Source: Peribacillus simplex
GTDB taxonomy: Bacteria > Bacillota > Bacilli > Bacillales > DSM-1321
Direction of reading: 5' to 3'
NCBI RefSeq assembly: GCF_030123325.1
Contig: NZ_CP126106.1
Span: forward strand, 1,993,077 to 2,017,076
Length of the DNA: 24,000 bases
The first letter of the stretch is position 1. Each line of letters starts with the position of its first letter. A program made the position numbers and the translations under genes. Positions 1 through 9,064 of the stretch are shown in pieces. Under the pieces are notes generated by a model that was given only the letters and a program-made list of their open reading frames with translations, did not search any database and was not told the DNA's origin.

Positions 1-606
1 TTGATGAAGGAGTTGGGACTAAAGTGTCTGGTCCGTATGAAGAAATACCGTTCATACAAAGGCAAGATTGGAAAGGTTGCGCCTAATATCCTCAATCGTA
101 ATTTTAAGGCAACAAAGCCAAATCAAAAATGGGTTACGGACGTAACTGAATTTCATTTACACGGTGAGAAGTTGTATTTATCGCCCATTCTAGATTTATT
201 TAATGGAGAGATCATTGCTTACAATATCGAATCACGTCCTGTTTATCCCTTAGTCTCCAAGATGCTAGACCAAGCCTTTATGCGATTGGAATCGAAAGAT
301 TCCCCCGTTCTCCATTCAGATCAGGGCTGGCATTACCAGATGAAACAATACTCACATGATTTGAAAAGACATAACATTATACAAAGCATGTCCCGCAAAG
401 GAAATTGTTTAGACAATGCCGTCATAGAAAACTTCTTTGGCTTACTGAAATCGGAATTACTTTATTTACAGAAGTTCGACAGCATGGAGCATTTCAAAAA
501 AGAACTGGAAGATTATATCCATTATTACAATCACCGACGAATCAAAGTAAAACTAAAAGGCATGAGCCCAGTAGATTACCGGGTTCATGCCCTCAAGGTT
601 GCCTAA
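1..606 (+). CDS. IS3-family transposase OrfB (DDE/rve integrase core), 5'-truncated by the window edge
   Basis: Translation carries IS3 OrfB hallmarks: [60 protein letters not shown]. The first residues in the track are internal, not a true start. Confidence 0.9.
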   Translation: MMKELGLKCLVRMKKYRSYKGKIGKVAPNILNRNFKATKPNQKWVTDVTEFHLHGEKLYLSPILDLFNGEIIAYNIESRPVYPLVSKMLDQAFMRLESKDSPVLHSDQGWHYQMKQYSHDLKRHNIIQSMSRKGNCLDNAVIENFFGLLKSELLYLQKFDSMEHFKKELEDYIHYYNHRRIKVKLKGMSPVDYRVHALKVA

Positions 607-641
607 TTAAATAAAGTGTCTAACTTTTTGGGTTCACTTCA
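1..641 (+). mobile_element. IS3-family (IS150-like) insertion sequence, right-hand part; the left part lies outside the window
   Basis: Transposase ORF runs off the left edge. The reverse complement of 613-641 reads TGAAGTGAACCCAAAAAGTTAGACACTTT, a TG-initiated terminal inverted repeat typical of IS3/IS150 ends, 35 bp after the transposase stop. Confidence 0.85.
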
Positions 642-699
642 TATCGGGACTCTTTTAATTTCCAATTCTTCTTATATGAGACGAGATTATTTCACATTA

Positions 700-1107
700 T
701 TATATTGTTAAGCTATCCTTATTGCTCAAAGTGCTCGATGTAGCGGATTTTAATATTTTATGATGGTAAATATAAGAGCCGGCTATCAATATATATCCGA
801 TAATGAAAAGCAGCCATCCACTGGCAGGGTCGCCCACTGATATGCTTGAATACATAGCACCCGTCAAATCAAATACAAAACCGGCATAAGCCCATTCCTT
901 AATTCTCGGAAAACCTGGAATGAGTATTGCCGCGACACCTAATAATTTGGCTATTCCAATGAAGGGCAGAAGGTAGGTTGGATAACCTAAATGATCAAAT
1001 AAAGCGACTGCATCGGGAACAGACATTATATCCGGAATAGAACCCAAAACCATTAGTGCCACCAAAAGCCCTGTGAAAATCCAATATATAATTTTTATTT
1101 TTTTCAT
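700..1107 (-). CDS. DoxX-like family small integral membrane protein (135 aa, about 4 TM)
   Basis: Full ORF preceded by AAGGGAGGG RBS. Four hydrophobic segments with a DoxX-like pattern (GIAKLLGVAAILIPGFPRIKEWAYAGF). Confidence 0.7.
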   Translation of the reverse strand: MKKIKIIYWIFTGLLVALMVLGSIPDIMSVPDAVALFDHLGYPTYLLPFIGIAKLLGVAAILIPGFPRIKEWAYAGFVFDLTGAMYSSISVGDPASGWLLFIIGYILIAGSYIYHHKILKSATSSTLSNKDSLTI

Positions 1108-1231
1108 TTATTCAAATTCCCTCCCTTAGGTTGACATTTTAATCATATTCCGCTTTCCTTTTTTTAATGCACTCTATATTATTGAACTTCAACAGTCATG
1201 GCGCGATTCTTTAATAAGAATCGCGCCACGA

Positions 1232-1276
1232 CTGTAGGCAAACTCGAAGAAAAGCGAGTTTGCCTACAGTTTTTTT
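1232..1276 (+). terminator. Strong rho-independent terminator oriented on + strand, preceded by a second GC-rich hairpin at 1200-1227
   Basis: Perfect 15-bp stem CTGTAGGCAAACTCG / CGAGTTTGCCTACAG (1232-1246 / 1255-1269) followed by T7 (1270-1276). Directly upstream is a perfect 10-bp stem GGCGCGATTC / GAATCGCGCC (1200-1209 / 1218-1227). No + strand gene lies upstream. Confidence 0.7.
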
Positions 1277-1307
1277 CTTGAAAAATATTCTGATAATTTC
1301 AACAATC

Positions 1308-1531
1308 CGATCCCAAGAGTAAATGTGCGAAATCATGTGTGCAGCACGAATTCACGAGTAAATAAGCTGAATTCACGAGTAAAAGGCCAAAACTCACGAG
1401 TAAAAGGGCCAAACTTACGAGTAAATGGTGCGAAATCACGAGTAAACGCGAGAAATCATGGGTGCAGCCCGAACTCACGAGTAAACTGGGCGAAATCCCA
1501 AGTAACTGTGCAAAATCATGGGTGCAGCACG
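1308..1531. repeat. Degenerate tandem array, 11 contiguous units of 19-22 bp (consensus about AATCACGAGTAAAnnnGCGA)
   Basis: CACGAG cores at 1353, 1374, 1395, (TACGAG) 1416 and 1437 are spaced exactly 21 bp apart. A variant unit AATCATG(T/G)GTGCAGC(A/C)CGA occurs at 1330, 1453 and 1513. CCCAAG variants occur at about 1310 and 1493. Units abut with no spacers. Confidence 0.9.
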
Positions 1532-1602
1532 AACAAAATGTATATCGATAGGGGGATATGCTTTGATCAGTCTTCCCTGTTGCAGCACTTGTAGGTATGG
1601 CT

Positions 1603-2184
1603 TTATCTTATAAAAATGTTTATTGCCTTAAAAGAATTGATAAAGGAGACGCATATGCCGACACAGGAAATCGTGATGAGTGAATACATTAACTTTAAGT
1701 CATTCAATATAATAATTCCCGCAATTACTATGAGTGAATCAATAATAAAAATAATGATTCCAGGATTAGTTGCTGTGGTTTTAGCGATTAATAGTGCCAG
1801 TAAATCCACTCCACCGGGGCTAATATGTTGTCTCAGCATAAAACCAACACCAATCCCAATCGTCATTCCACCGATAATGGCACTCGTTATGATCGGTAGA
1901 TGAACCAAACCGTTTAGTGGTGTTAGCCAATCAATAATGGTTGAAGTAAAAGCTAACCCAAGGATGGCATTGAAGAAATAAGACTTGTCGTATAGAAGAG
2001 ATACAAGGTATATGGGAATGTTGATCATGATCATGGTATGTCCAACCTGGATTCCCCAAACATATTTGATTAACAAACTTATTCCGAATATCCCGCCATT
2101 TATTAGATGAATGGGGACAATGAACAGATTAAGACCTACTCCAATGCAAAAACTTGAAAAAAGCAGAGTAACGAACTTTTTCAT
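1603..2184 (-). CDS. YitT/YczE-family integral membrane protein (membrane domain only, 193 aa)
   Basis: Motif LNLFIVPIHLINGGIFGISLL typical of the YitT-type membrane domain. ATG at 2184 lies 8 nt after AAGGGGA, so it is preferred over the TTG at 2205 given in the track. Confidence 0.7.
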   Translation of the reverse strand: MKKFVTLLFSSFCIGVGLNLFIVPIHLINGGIFGISLLIKYVWGIQVGHTMIMINIPIYLVSLLYDKSYFFNAILGLAFTSTIIDWLTPLNGLVHLPIITSAIIGGMTIGIGVGFMLRQHISPGGVDLLALLIAKTTATNPGIIIFIIDSLIVIAGIIILNDLKLMYSLITISCVGICVSFINSFKAINIFIR

Positions 2185-2354
2185 AAAAACATTCCCCTTG
2201 TCCAAATCATTATCTTAAAATATATGAGAGGAATGTAAATATATACTTAGTATAATGAAAGTACCATTGCAATTTGTGTATTGTTTGCTTTGCTCCCCAA
2301 ATGATGTTCTGAAATTTAAATGGATGCCGTCACCTTGAGCACATGAATTAATTT

Positions 2355-2400
2355 GGCAAAAAAAAAGAGACACTCATAAAAAGTGTCTCTTTTTTTTGCC
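2355..2400. terminator. Bidirectional rho-independent terminator (downstream of the MFS gene)
   Basis: GGCAAAAAAAAAGAGACACT-loop-AGTGTCTCTTTTTTTTGCC: a stem flanked by an A-run and a T-run, so it can function on both strands. Confidence 0.8.
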
Positions 2401-2471
2401 TTAATGGGGCAAGTCAGTTTTATAAGAATTTTTTATACCTTGGAAAATAGGTTGAATTTAGCCTTGTTTAT

Positions 2472-3962
2472 TCAAGCTCTTTTTTTTGATAGGCGATTTG
2501 TAATGGTATCTTCTTGAGGTGAAGTTTGCCGTATATAAAAGGCCAGTATGAATGCAACTATGGTCAATCCTGTTGCAATCATGAATGCATCATCCACTCC
2601 CATTACGCTACCTTGTTTAATGGCCATGGCCATTTGTGATGTATTATCTGGTGATATGTTTCTTTGAGATAAGATTTCCTGAACATGCTTCGTTCCCTGG
2701 TTTGTCATGATGGAAACAAAGAATGCCATGCCAACAGCACCTGCTACCATTCTCAATGTATTGACCATTGCTGTTCCATATTTATTTAGGCTAAGTGCCA
2801 ATTCATTTAATCCAGCAGTGAAGATGGGCATCATCAGTATCGACATTCCGAACATTCTAATAGTATATACCCACACCACATAAGAATAGGACGTATCTGT
2901 TTCAAGCCGCGTTAAAAGATAGGTTGTAATGATAGTGATGGCAAGTCCGCTCACCGCAAGCCATCTCGCACCAAATCGATCGAACAGCTTACCTGTGATA
3001 GGAGACATGATCCCCATTAAAATCCCGCCAGGCAATAGCATGAGACCGGATTCCATCGGGGTAAACCCCCGGATATTCTGCATATAGATTGGCATGATGA
3101 TCATTCCAGAGAACATACCCATAGTTGCGATGATGTTGATAACCGTCGTTAAAGTGAACATCCGATACCGAAAAATTCTAAATTCCAAAATAGGATGGGA
3201 TACAGTAAATTGCCTCCAGACAAATAAAACTAAACTGATTCCCCCAACAAGGAACATCGTCAGTACTTCGGGACTGTCCCATCCCTTGGTACCGCCTGTA
3301 GCGAATCCATATAGAACTCCGCCAAATCCGATAGTGGAAAGAATTACACCCATTTTATCGAGTTTAGGCCGACTCGTTTTCCCTACTTTTTTGATGATGA
3401 AAATGGCAAAGATGAAGTCAAGCAATGCAAATGGGAAAATGACAAAAAACAGAACCCGCCAAGAGTAGTTTTGTATAATCCATCCTGATAACGTCGGTCC
3501 TACAGCAGGGGCAAAATTCATCGCGATACCAAATATGCCCATTGCGAAACCGCGTCTGTTAGGTGGAAATATAGTGAAAATCACATTTGTGATCAAAGGG
3601 AATAAAATCCCCGCCCCGGCGGCTTGAACCACACGTCCAATCAATAAGACGGAGAAGCTGGGGGCAATTCCACATAGGAAAGTTCCTAAAGCGAAAAGTC
3701 CCATCGAAGCAAGATATAGTTGCCTTGTATTGAAACGTTCCATTAAGAAAGCAGTGATAGGGATGACGATCCCATTGACCAATAGGAAGATTGTAGTAAG
3801 CCAGTTAGCTGTTGCAGCTGAGATTTCAAAGTGATTCATTAATTGAGGCAATGCTATATTAATTAAAGTCTGATTTAAGAAAGCGACTAGAGCCCCAGCC
3901 AGCATCACCGCAAACATGGGACCCGTACGAATTTTAGTGATGGCTGTTTTGTCGTGATTCAT
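2472..3962 (-). CDS. MFS transporter, DHA2 (EmrB/QacA-type, 14-TMS) drug:H+ antiporter
   Basis: 496 aa, about 14 hydrophobic segments. The N-terminal region LNQTLINIALPQL...ATANWLTTIFLL...GRVVQAAGAGILFP matches the EmrB/LmrB subfamily pattern. RBS GAAAGGA lies upstream of the ATG. Confidence 0.85.
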   Translation of the reverse strand: MNHDKTAITKIRTGPMFAVMLAGALVAFLNQTLINIALPQLMNHFEISAATANWLTTIFLLVNGIVIPITAFLMERFNTRQLYLASMGLFALGTFLCGIAPSFSVLLIGRVVQAAGAGILFPLITNVIFTIFPPNRRGFAMGIFGIAMNFAPAVGPTLSGWIIQNYSWRVLFFVIFPFALLDFIFAIFIIKKVGKTSRPKLDKMGVILSTIGFGGVLYGFATGGTKGWDSPEVLTMFLVGGISLVLFVWRQFTVSHPILEFRIFRYRMFTLTTVINIIATMGMFSGMIIMPIYMQNIRGFTPMESGLMLLPGGILMGIMSPITGKLFDRFGARWLAVSGLAITIITTYLLTRLETDTSYSYVVWVYTIRMFGMSILMMPIFTAGLNELALSLNKYGTAMVNTLRMVAGAVGMAFFVSIMTNQGTKHVQEILSQRNISPDNTSQMAMAIKQGSVMGVDDAFMIATGLTIVAFILAFYIRQTSPQEDTITNRLSKKRA

Positions 3963-3984
3963 TATTATGGCACGTCCTTTCCGC

Positions 3985-4015
3985 TAGGATAGTACGTATT
4001 GTACTGTCTGCTAGT
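3985..4015 (-). promoter_or_regulatory. Palindromic candidate operator in the MFS leader
   Basis: GATAGTAC-GTATT-GTACTGTC (3989-4009; 8-bp arms, 1 mismatch) flanked by CTAG on both sides. It lies between a minus-strand TATAAT (4028-4023) and the MFS RBS. Confidence 0.4.
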
Positions 4016-4345
4016 TTTTAAAATTATAGAAGTTAAAGCGACTTCACTAAGTTTATAAGTGAACCAACCTATATTTTCCAATGATATACCCCATCTTAAG
4101 GAGATTAACCTCAATTCACGGCTTTTGGAGGTGTTTATTCTTCATTAGCAACTTACTTGACAATAACCAGGATATATTCTCTTTTTTAGGAAATCCCCCA
4201 GTTTAACATCCATTCTACAGGTATACCATACTTCGAACAATAATCACCAATCTAATACTTAATACGTATCAGAAAAATTGTTTCCTTTAGTATAAATACT
4301 TTAACATTCTATCATTCGTATTCACTAAATAATAGTTAATTGATA

Positions 4346-4380
4346 AAAAGGTGTGATGGGCAATAAAATCACGCCTTTTC
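4346..4380 (+). terminator. Orphan + strand terminator-like hairpin with no annotated upstream gene
   Basis: AAAAGGTGTGAT / ATCACGCCTTTT. The single non-Watson-Crick position is a U-G wobble only in the + strand RNA (A-C in the minus RNA). It is followed by TTTTCC. Confidence 0.45.
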
Positions 4381-4423
4381 CGTATGTTGAGAATTAATGT
4401 TTTTTAAATATTCAAAATAATCA

Positions 4424-4472
4424 TTGCAATCAATGTACTGTTTAATTATAATACAAAGCATAACAAATAAAA
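4424..4472 (+). promoter_or_regulatory. SigA-type promoter of frlC-frlA with conserved downstream box (copy 1)
   Basis: TTGCAA (4424-4429), 17-nt spacer, TATAAT (4447-4452). The segment TGTTTAATTATAATACAAAGCATAACAAATAAA (4439-4472) recurs almost identically at 6757-6789. Confidence 0.6.
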
Positions 4473-4496
4473 AGTCTTTATGAGGAGGTGAAATAA

Positions 4497-5315
4497 TTGA
4501 ACATTGCAGGGATGAATATCACTTTTAGGCATTTCCCTTTTCATTATTTTTTGGATTGCATGGATCACCTTGAGATTAAAAGCATTGAATTATGGGGTGG
4601 GGAGCCACATCTATATGTTTATCGCAACATACTAGAAAATATAAGAAGTTTGAGAAGGGAAATTAAGTCCAGAAATATGAAAATCATCTGCTATACTCCA
4701 GAGCAATGTATCTATCCTTATAACATTGCATCCTCGGATGCTCATTGGCGAAAAAAAAGCATTGAATATTTTATGGACAATCTTTACGCCGCGCTGGAGT
4801 TAGACACAAACATGATGCTTATCACTTCTGGAATAGGGGACTTTTCCGTCTCACAAGAGGAATCATGGAAGTATGCGAGTGACTCAATCTTTCAATTAAC
4901 CAAAGTAGCTGAGATGGAAGGTTTGATTCTTGCTTTAGAGCCATTAACAAAATATGAATCCAATCTGGTAATAGACTCTATAGGGTTAAAGAAAATGTTA
5001 GAGGAAATCCAGTCTTCCTCATTAAAAGGAATGATCGATACAGTTTCGATGCATCTGGCAGGTGAAACCCCTGATGAGTACTTTTCCTTCCTTCCCGAAT
5101 TAAGCCATTTTCACCTAATGGATGGAGATGGTCAATCAGATTCGCATCTGGCACTAGATGATGGGGTTTTAAATTGGAGAGAATACTTAACAAGCCTTAA
5201 AGATCATCGTTATAAAGGAAGTTGTACTCTAGAGATTATGGGATCAAATTATTATCAAAATCCAAGGGTTGCAATCATGAAATCTATTGAAAAAGTAAGG
5301 GAATTGGGAATTTAA
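4497..5315 (+). CDS. frlC: Xylose-isomerase-like TIM-barrel sugar epimerase, FrlC-like (fructoselysine/psicoselysine 3-epimerase)
   Basis: TTG start 6 nt after GAGGAGGTG. Blocks IELWGGEPH, CYTPE..YPYN, LEPLTKYESN and HFHLMDGDGQSDSH parallel my recollection of E. coli FrlC. Operon context with frlA/B/D/R supports the call. Confidence 0.65.
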   Translation: MNIAGMNITFRHFPFHYFLDCMDHLEIKSIELWGGEPHLYVYRNILENIRSLRREIKSRNMKIICYTPEQCIYPYNIASSDAHWRKKSIEYFMDNLYAALELDTNMMLITSGIGDFSVSQEESWKYASDSIFQLTKVAEMEGLILALEPLTKYESNLVIDSIGLKKMLEEIQSSSLKGMIDTVSMHLAGETPDEYFSFLPELSHFHLMDGDGQSDSHLALDDGVLNWREYLTSLKDHRYKGSCTLEIMGSNYYQNPRVAIMKSIEKVRELGI

Positions 5316-6680
<1,365 letters not shown>

Positions 6681-6741
6681 CAGAATGCTAAGGGAAGTTA
6701 GGCCTCTTCGATGAACGCCCTAAAAATTTAAAATAAAACAA

Positions 6742-6789
6742 TTGTGAATTTTATTATGTTTGAATATAATACAAGACATAACAAATAAA
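6742..6789 (+). promoter_or_regulatory. SigA-type promoter of frlB(-frlD) with conserved downstream box (copy 2)
   Basis: TTGTGA (6742-6747), 17-nt spacer, TATAAT (6765-6770). TGTTTGAATATAATACAAGACATAACAAATAAA (6757-6789) matches copy 1 at nearly every position. Confidence 0.6.
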
Positions 6790-6814
6790 TGAAGATACAG
6801 GGAGGAATATATTG

Positions 6815-7828
6815 ATGCTAAAGTTTGATGAGGGGTTATTTCTTGATCTTGTAGAAAAAGAGGGCCTTGCTTTTAGAGGTCAGATTGAAGAAATCGTAGA
6901 TGGAATCACAAAAAGGGGCTACAGCAATATTTTCCTGATCGGGGCTGGTGGCACCATAGCCATGATGTATCCATATGAATACATTTTAAAATCAAATTCT
7001 ACCATTGATGTCCATGCAGAAATTGCTGCTGAGTTCATGGTCATGAATCATAAGCATTTCAGCAAAGATTCAGTCTGTATTTTTACATCTGTATCTGGGA
7101 CAACTCAAGAAACAGTTGCAGCGGCTGAGTATTGTAAAGCAAAAGGGGCTACTACAATCGCTTTAGTTGCAGAGCCAAATACCCCGTTAACACAAATTGC
7201 GGATTACTGTATAACGACAGGTTCTGAAACGCACTCTTTTGATACTTTCTTTATGCTTTTGTACATGTTCGTCTTCCGTTTCATGTATAACAATAATGAA
7301 TTCCCACAATATGAACAATTCACGAAGGAGGTTTCTCTACTTCCACGTGCAATTCTGGATGCCGTTAAATCTTTTGATAAAAAAGCAGAGGAATTTGCCA
7401 TTACTCATAAAGACACGGATTACCACATGATGGTCGGTTCTGGTAACCTATGGGGAAACACTTATTCATATGCGATGTGCATTTTAGAGGAAATGCAATG
7501 GATCCAAGCGAAATCCATCCACGCGGCAGAGTTTTTCCATGGTACGCTTGAACTTGTTGTTGAAGATACAAGTGTTATTTTACTAAAGGGAGAAGACGAA
7601 ACAAGACCGCTGATGGACCGTGTAGAGAGATTTGTAGAAAAAATCTCAAAAAATATAACGGTTATTGATACCAAAAACTTTGATATGGAAGGCATCAGCG
7701 AAGAATTTAGAAAGCACTTTTCTGTTAGTATTAACTGGGCAGTATTAAGTCGAATCAGCGTTTACCTTGAGCGTGAAAGAAATCATCCATTAACACTTAG
7801 AAGATACTATCGACAAATGGAATATTAA
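6815..7828 (+). CDS. frlB: Double-SIS-domain protein, FrlB-like fructoselysine-6-phosphate deglycase
   Basis: ATG 7 nt after GGGAGGA. SIS signature FLIGAGGT...FTSVSGTTQET, a second SIS half (GSGNLWG...EE..H) and a C-terminal RRYYRQMEY tail as in FrlB/GlmS-isomerase-like deglycases. Operon context supports the call. Confidence 0.7.
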   Translation: MLKFDEGLFLDLVEKEGLAFRGQIEEIVDGITKRGYSNIFLIGAGGTIAMMYPYEYILKSNSTIDVHAEIAAEFMVMNHKHFSKDSVCIFTSVSGTTQETVAAAEYCKAKGATTIALVAEPNTPLTQIADYCITTGSETHSFDTFFMLLYMFVFRFMYNNNEFPQYEQFTKEVSLLPRAILDAVKSFDKKAEEFAITHKDTDYHMMVGSGNLWGNTYSYAMCILEEMQWIQAKSIHAAEFFHGTLELVVEDTSVILLKGEDETRPLMDRVERFVEKISKNITVIDTKNFDMEGISEEFRKHFSVSINWAVLSRISVYLERERNHPLTLRRYYRQMEY

Positions 7829-7836
7829 GATATGTA

Positions 7837-8181
7837 GAGCATTACTTAGTAGTGCTCCAGACTGTATCTTAAAAAAAGTTCCAACAGATCAAAAAAAACA
7901 TTCCAGTTGATTGGAGCGGGTGTGCGAGACTCCTGCGGGAAATACGTGCCCAAGGGAGACCCCACAGGCGCACAGAGCGCCAAAGGAGGCCCCCTTTCCG
8001 CCGACTGTCTGCCAAGCCTCATCAAAGCATGAGCCAATGTGGTCTTGGCTAGCCAGTTATTCGGCAGGAGTGTCGCAAATCTCTACAATTCAGAGGGTGT
8101 TTCGTTTCATTCTTAAAATCAAGTAAAAAAACATGAAGGATTCATTTGACGTCAAAATGGAGCACTACTTAAGTAGTGCTC
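7837..8181. mobile_element. MITE/PATE-like non-coding insert: GC-rich structured core bounded by two copies of a 21-22-bp palindrome
   Basis: GAGCATTACTTAGTAGTGCTC (7837-7857) and the perfect palindrome GAGCACTACTTAAGTAGTGCTC (8160-8181) bracket the insert. Terminal inverted pair AGTAGTGCTCCA (7848-7859) / TGGAGCACTACT (8158-8169). The core at 7911-8080 is markedly GC-rich against an AT-rich background, with long-range pairing GCGAGACTCCTGC (7924-7936) / GCAGGAGTGTCGC (8064-8076). No credible CDS. Confidence 0.6.
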
Positions 8182-8211
8182 ATTTCTTAAGTTCAAAGAA
8201 AGCGGGGGAAA

Positions 8212-8997
8212 ATGATGAGAACGGTTTCAGTCGGAGATAACTGTATGGATGTCTATCAAAAGAGCGGGGAGGTCTATCCTGGCGGTAATCCTTTAAATGT
8301 GGCTGTCTATTTAAAAGGGTTAGGTGCTGAATCTGCTTATATTGGCTGGGTGGGTTCCGATCAATATAGTGAAAAAATGGTTCAAGCGATTCTGGGAAAA
8401 GGCGTTGATATAACTCATCTTTCGAGGAAAGAAGGAAAAACAGCGGTTACTTTTGTTGAAATGGTAGGAAGTGACCGGAGGTTTGGAGAATACGACGAAG
8501 GTGTCATGGAACATTTCTGTTTAACGACGGAAGAACTCCAATACATTCAAACATTTCAGCTCATACATTCAGGGATTTGGGGACATGCGGATAAGTACTA
8601 TTCCTTTTTTAAAGAAAAAGGAATGCTCACGTCTTTTGATTTCTCAGATCAGCTTGATCACGATTTAGTGAAGACTTTGCCGCAGTTTGTTGATTATCCT
8701 TTTTTTTCTTATACGAAGGATGATGCCTTTATCCGCCAATTTCTAGAGGATGTAAAAAATCAAGGATCTAAAATTGCGGTCGCCACTTTAGGTGAAAATG
8801 GTTCACTTGCTTATGACGGTATTCAATTTTATCAATGCGGTGTCGTTGAAGCGAAAGTGGTGGACACTATGGGGGCGGGGGATTCCTTCATTTCTGGTTT
8901 CATTTATGGAATATTGAATGGCAAATCTATCGGCAATTGCTTGGAATTGGGAACAGAGTCTGCTGCGAAAACAATTAGATATTTCGGTGCGTGGTGA
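8212..8997 (+). CDS. frlD: PfkB-family kinase, FrlD-like fructoselysine 6-kinase
   Basis: GDNCMDVY, GGNPLNVAVY, WVGSDQY, ATLGENGSLAYDG, VDTMGAGDSFISGF and a C-terminal AAKTIRYFGAW match block by block my recollection of E. coli FrlD. Confidence 0.8.
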   Translation: MMRTVSVGDNCMDVYQKSGEVYPGGNPLNVAVYLKGLGAESAYIGWVGSDQYSEKMVQAILGKGVDITHLSRKEGKTAVTFVEMVGSDRRFGEYDEGVMEHFCLTTEELQYIQTFQLIHSGIWGHADKYYSFFKEKGMLTSFDFSDQLDHDLVKTLPQFVDYPFFSYTKDDAFIRQFLEDVKNQGSKIAVATLGENGSLAYDGIQFYQCGVVEAKVVDTMGAGDSFISGFIYGILNGKSIGNCLELGTESAAKTIRYFGAW

Positions 8998-9064
8998 CTG
9001 GGACTGGATATAATGTATAATAGATAGTAAATAATAAATTTTGACGGATAAGGATGAATATAAT

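Noticed and set aside
405-614. 69-aa alternative-frame ORF inside the IS transposase
   Set aside because: It overlaps the clearly homologous OrfB frame. It is a frame shadow.
1308-1531. Possible CRISPR array
   Set aside because: Units are contiguous with no unique spacers, are only 19-22 bp long and are degenerate. No cas genes or leader are present.
1325-1594. 89-aa + strand ORF (SRVNKLNSRVKGQNSRVKG...)
   Set aside because: The peptide periodicity is simply the translation of the 21-bp (7-codon) tandem DNA repeat. It has no RBS, so I treat it as non-coding repeat DNA.
7846-8126. Two overlapping ORFs on opposite strands (63 aa minus, 71 aa plus) inside the frlB-frlD gap
   Set aside because: Both lie within the GC-rich self-complementary core, lack RBSs, and have Pro/Ala/Arg/Gly-biased composition typical of GC-rich non-coding DNA read in an AT-rich genome.
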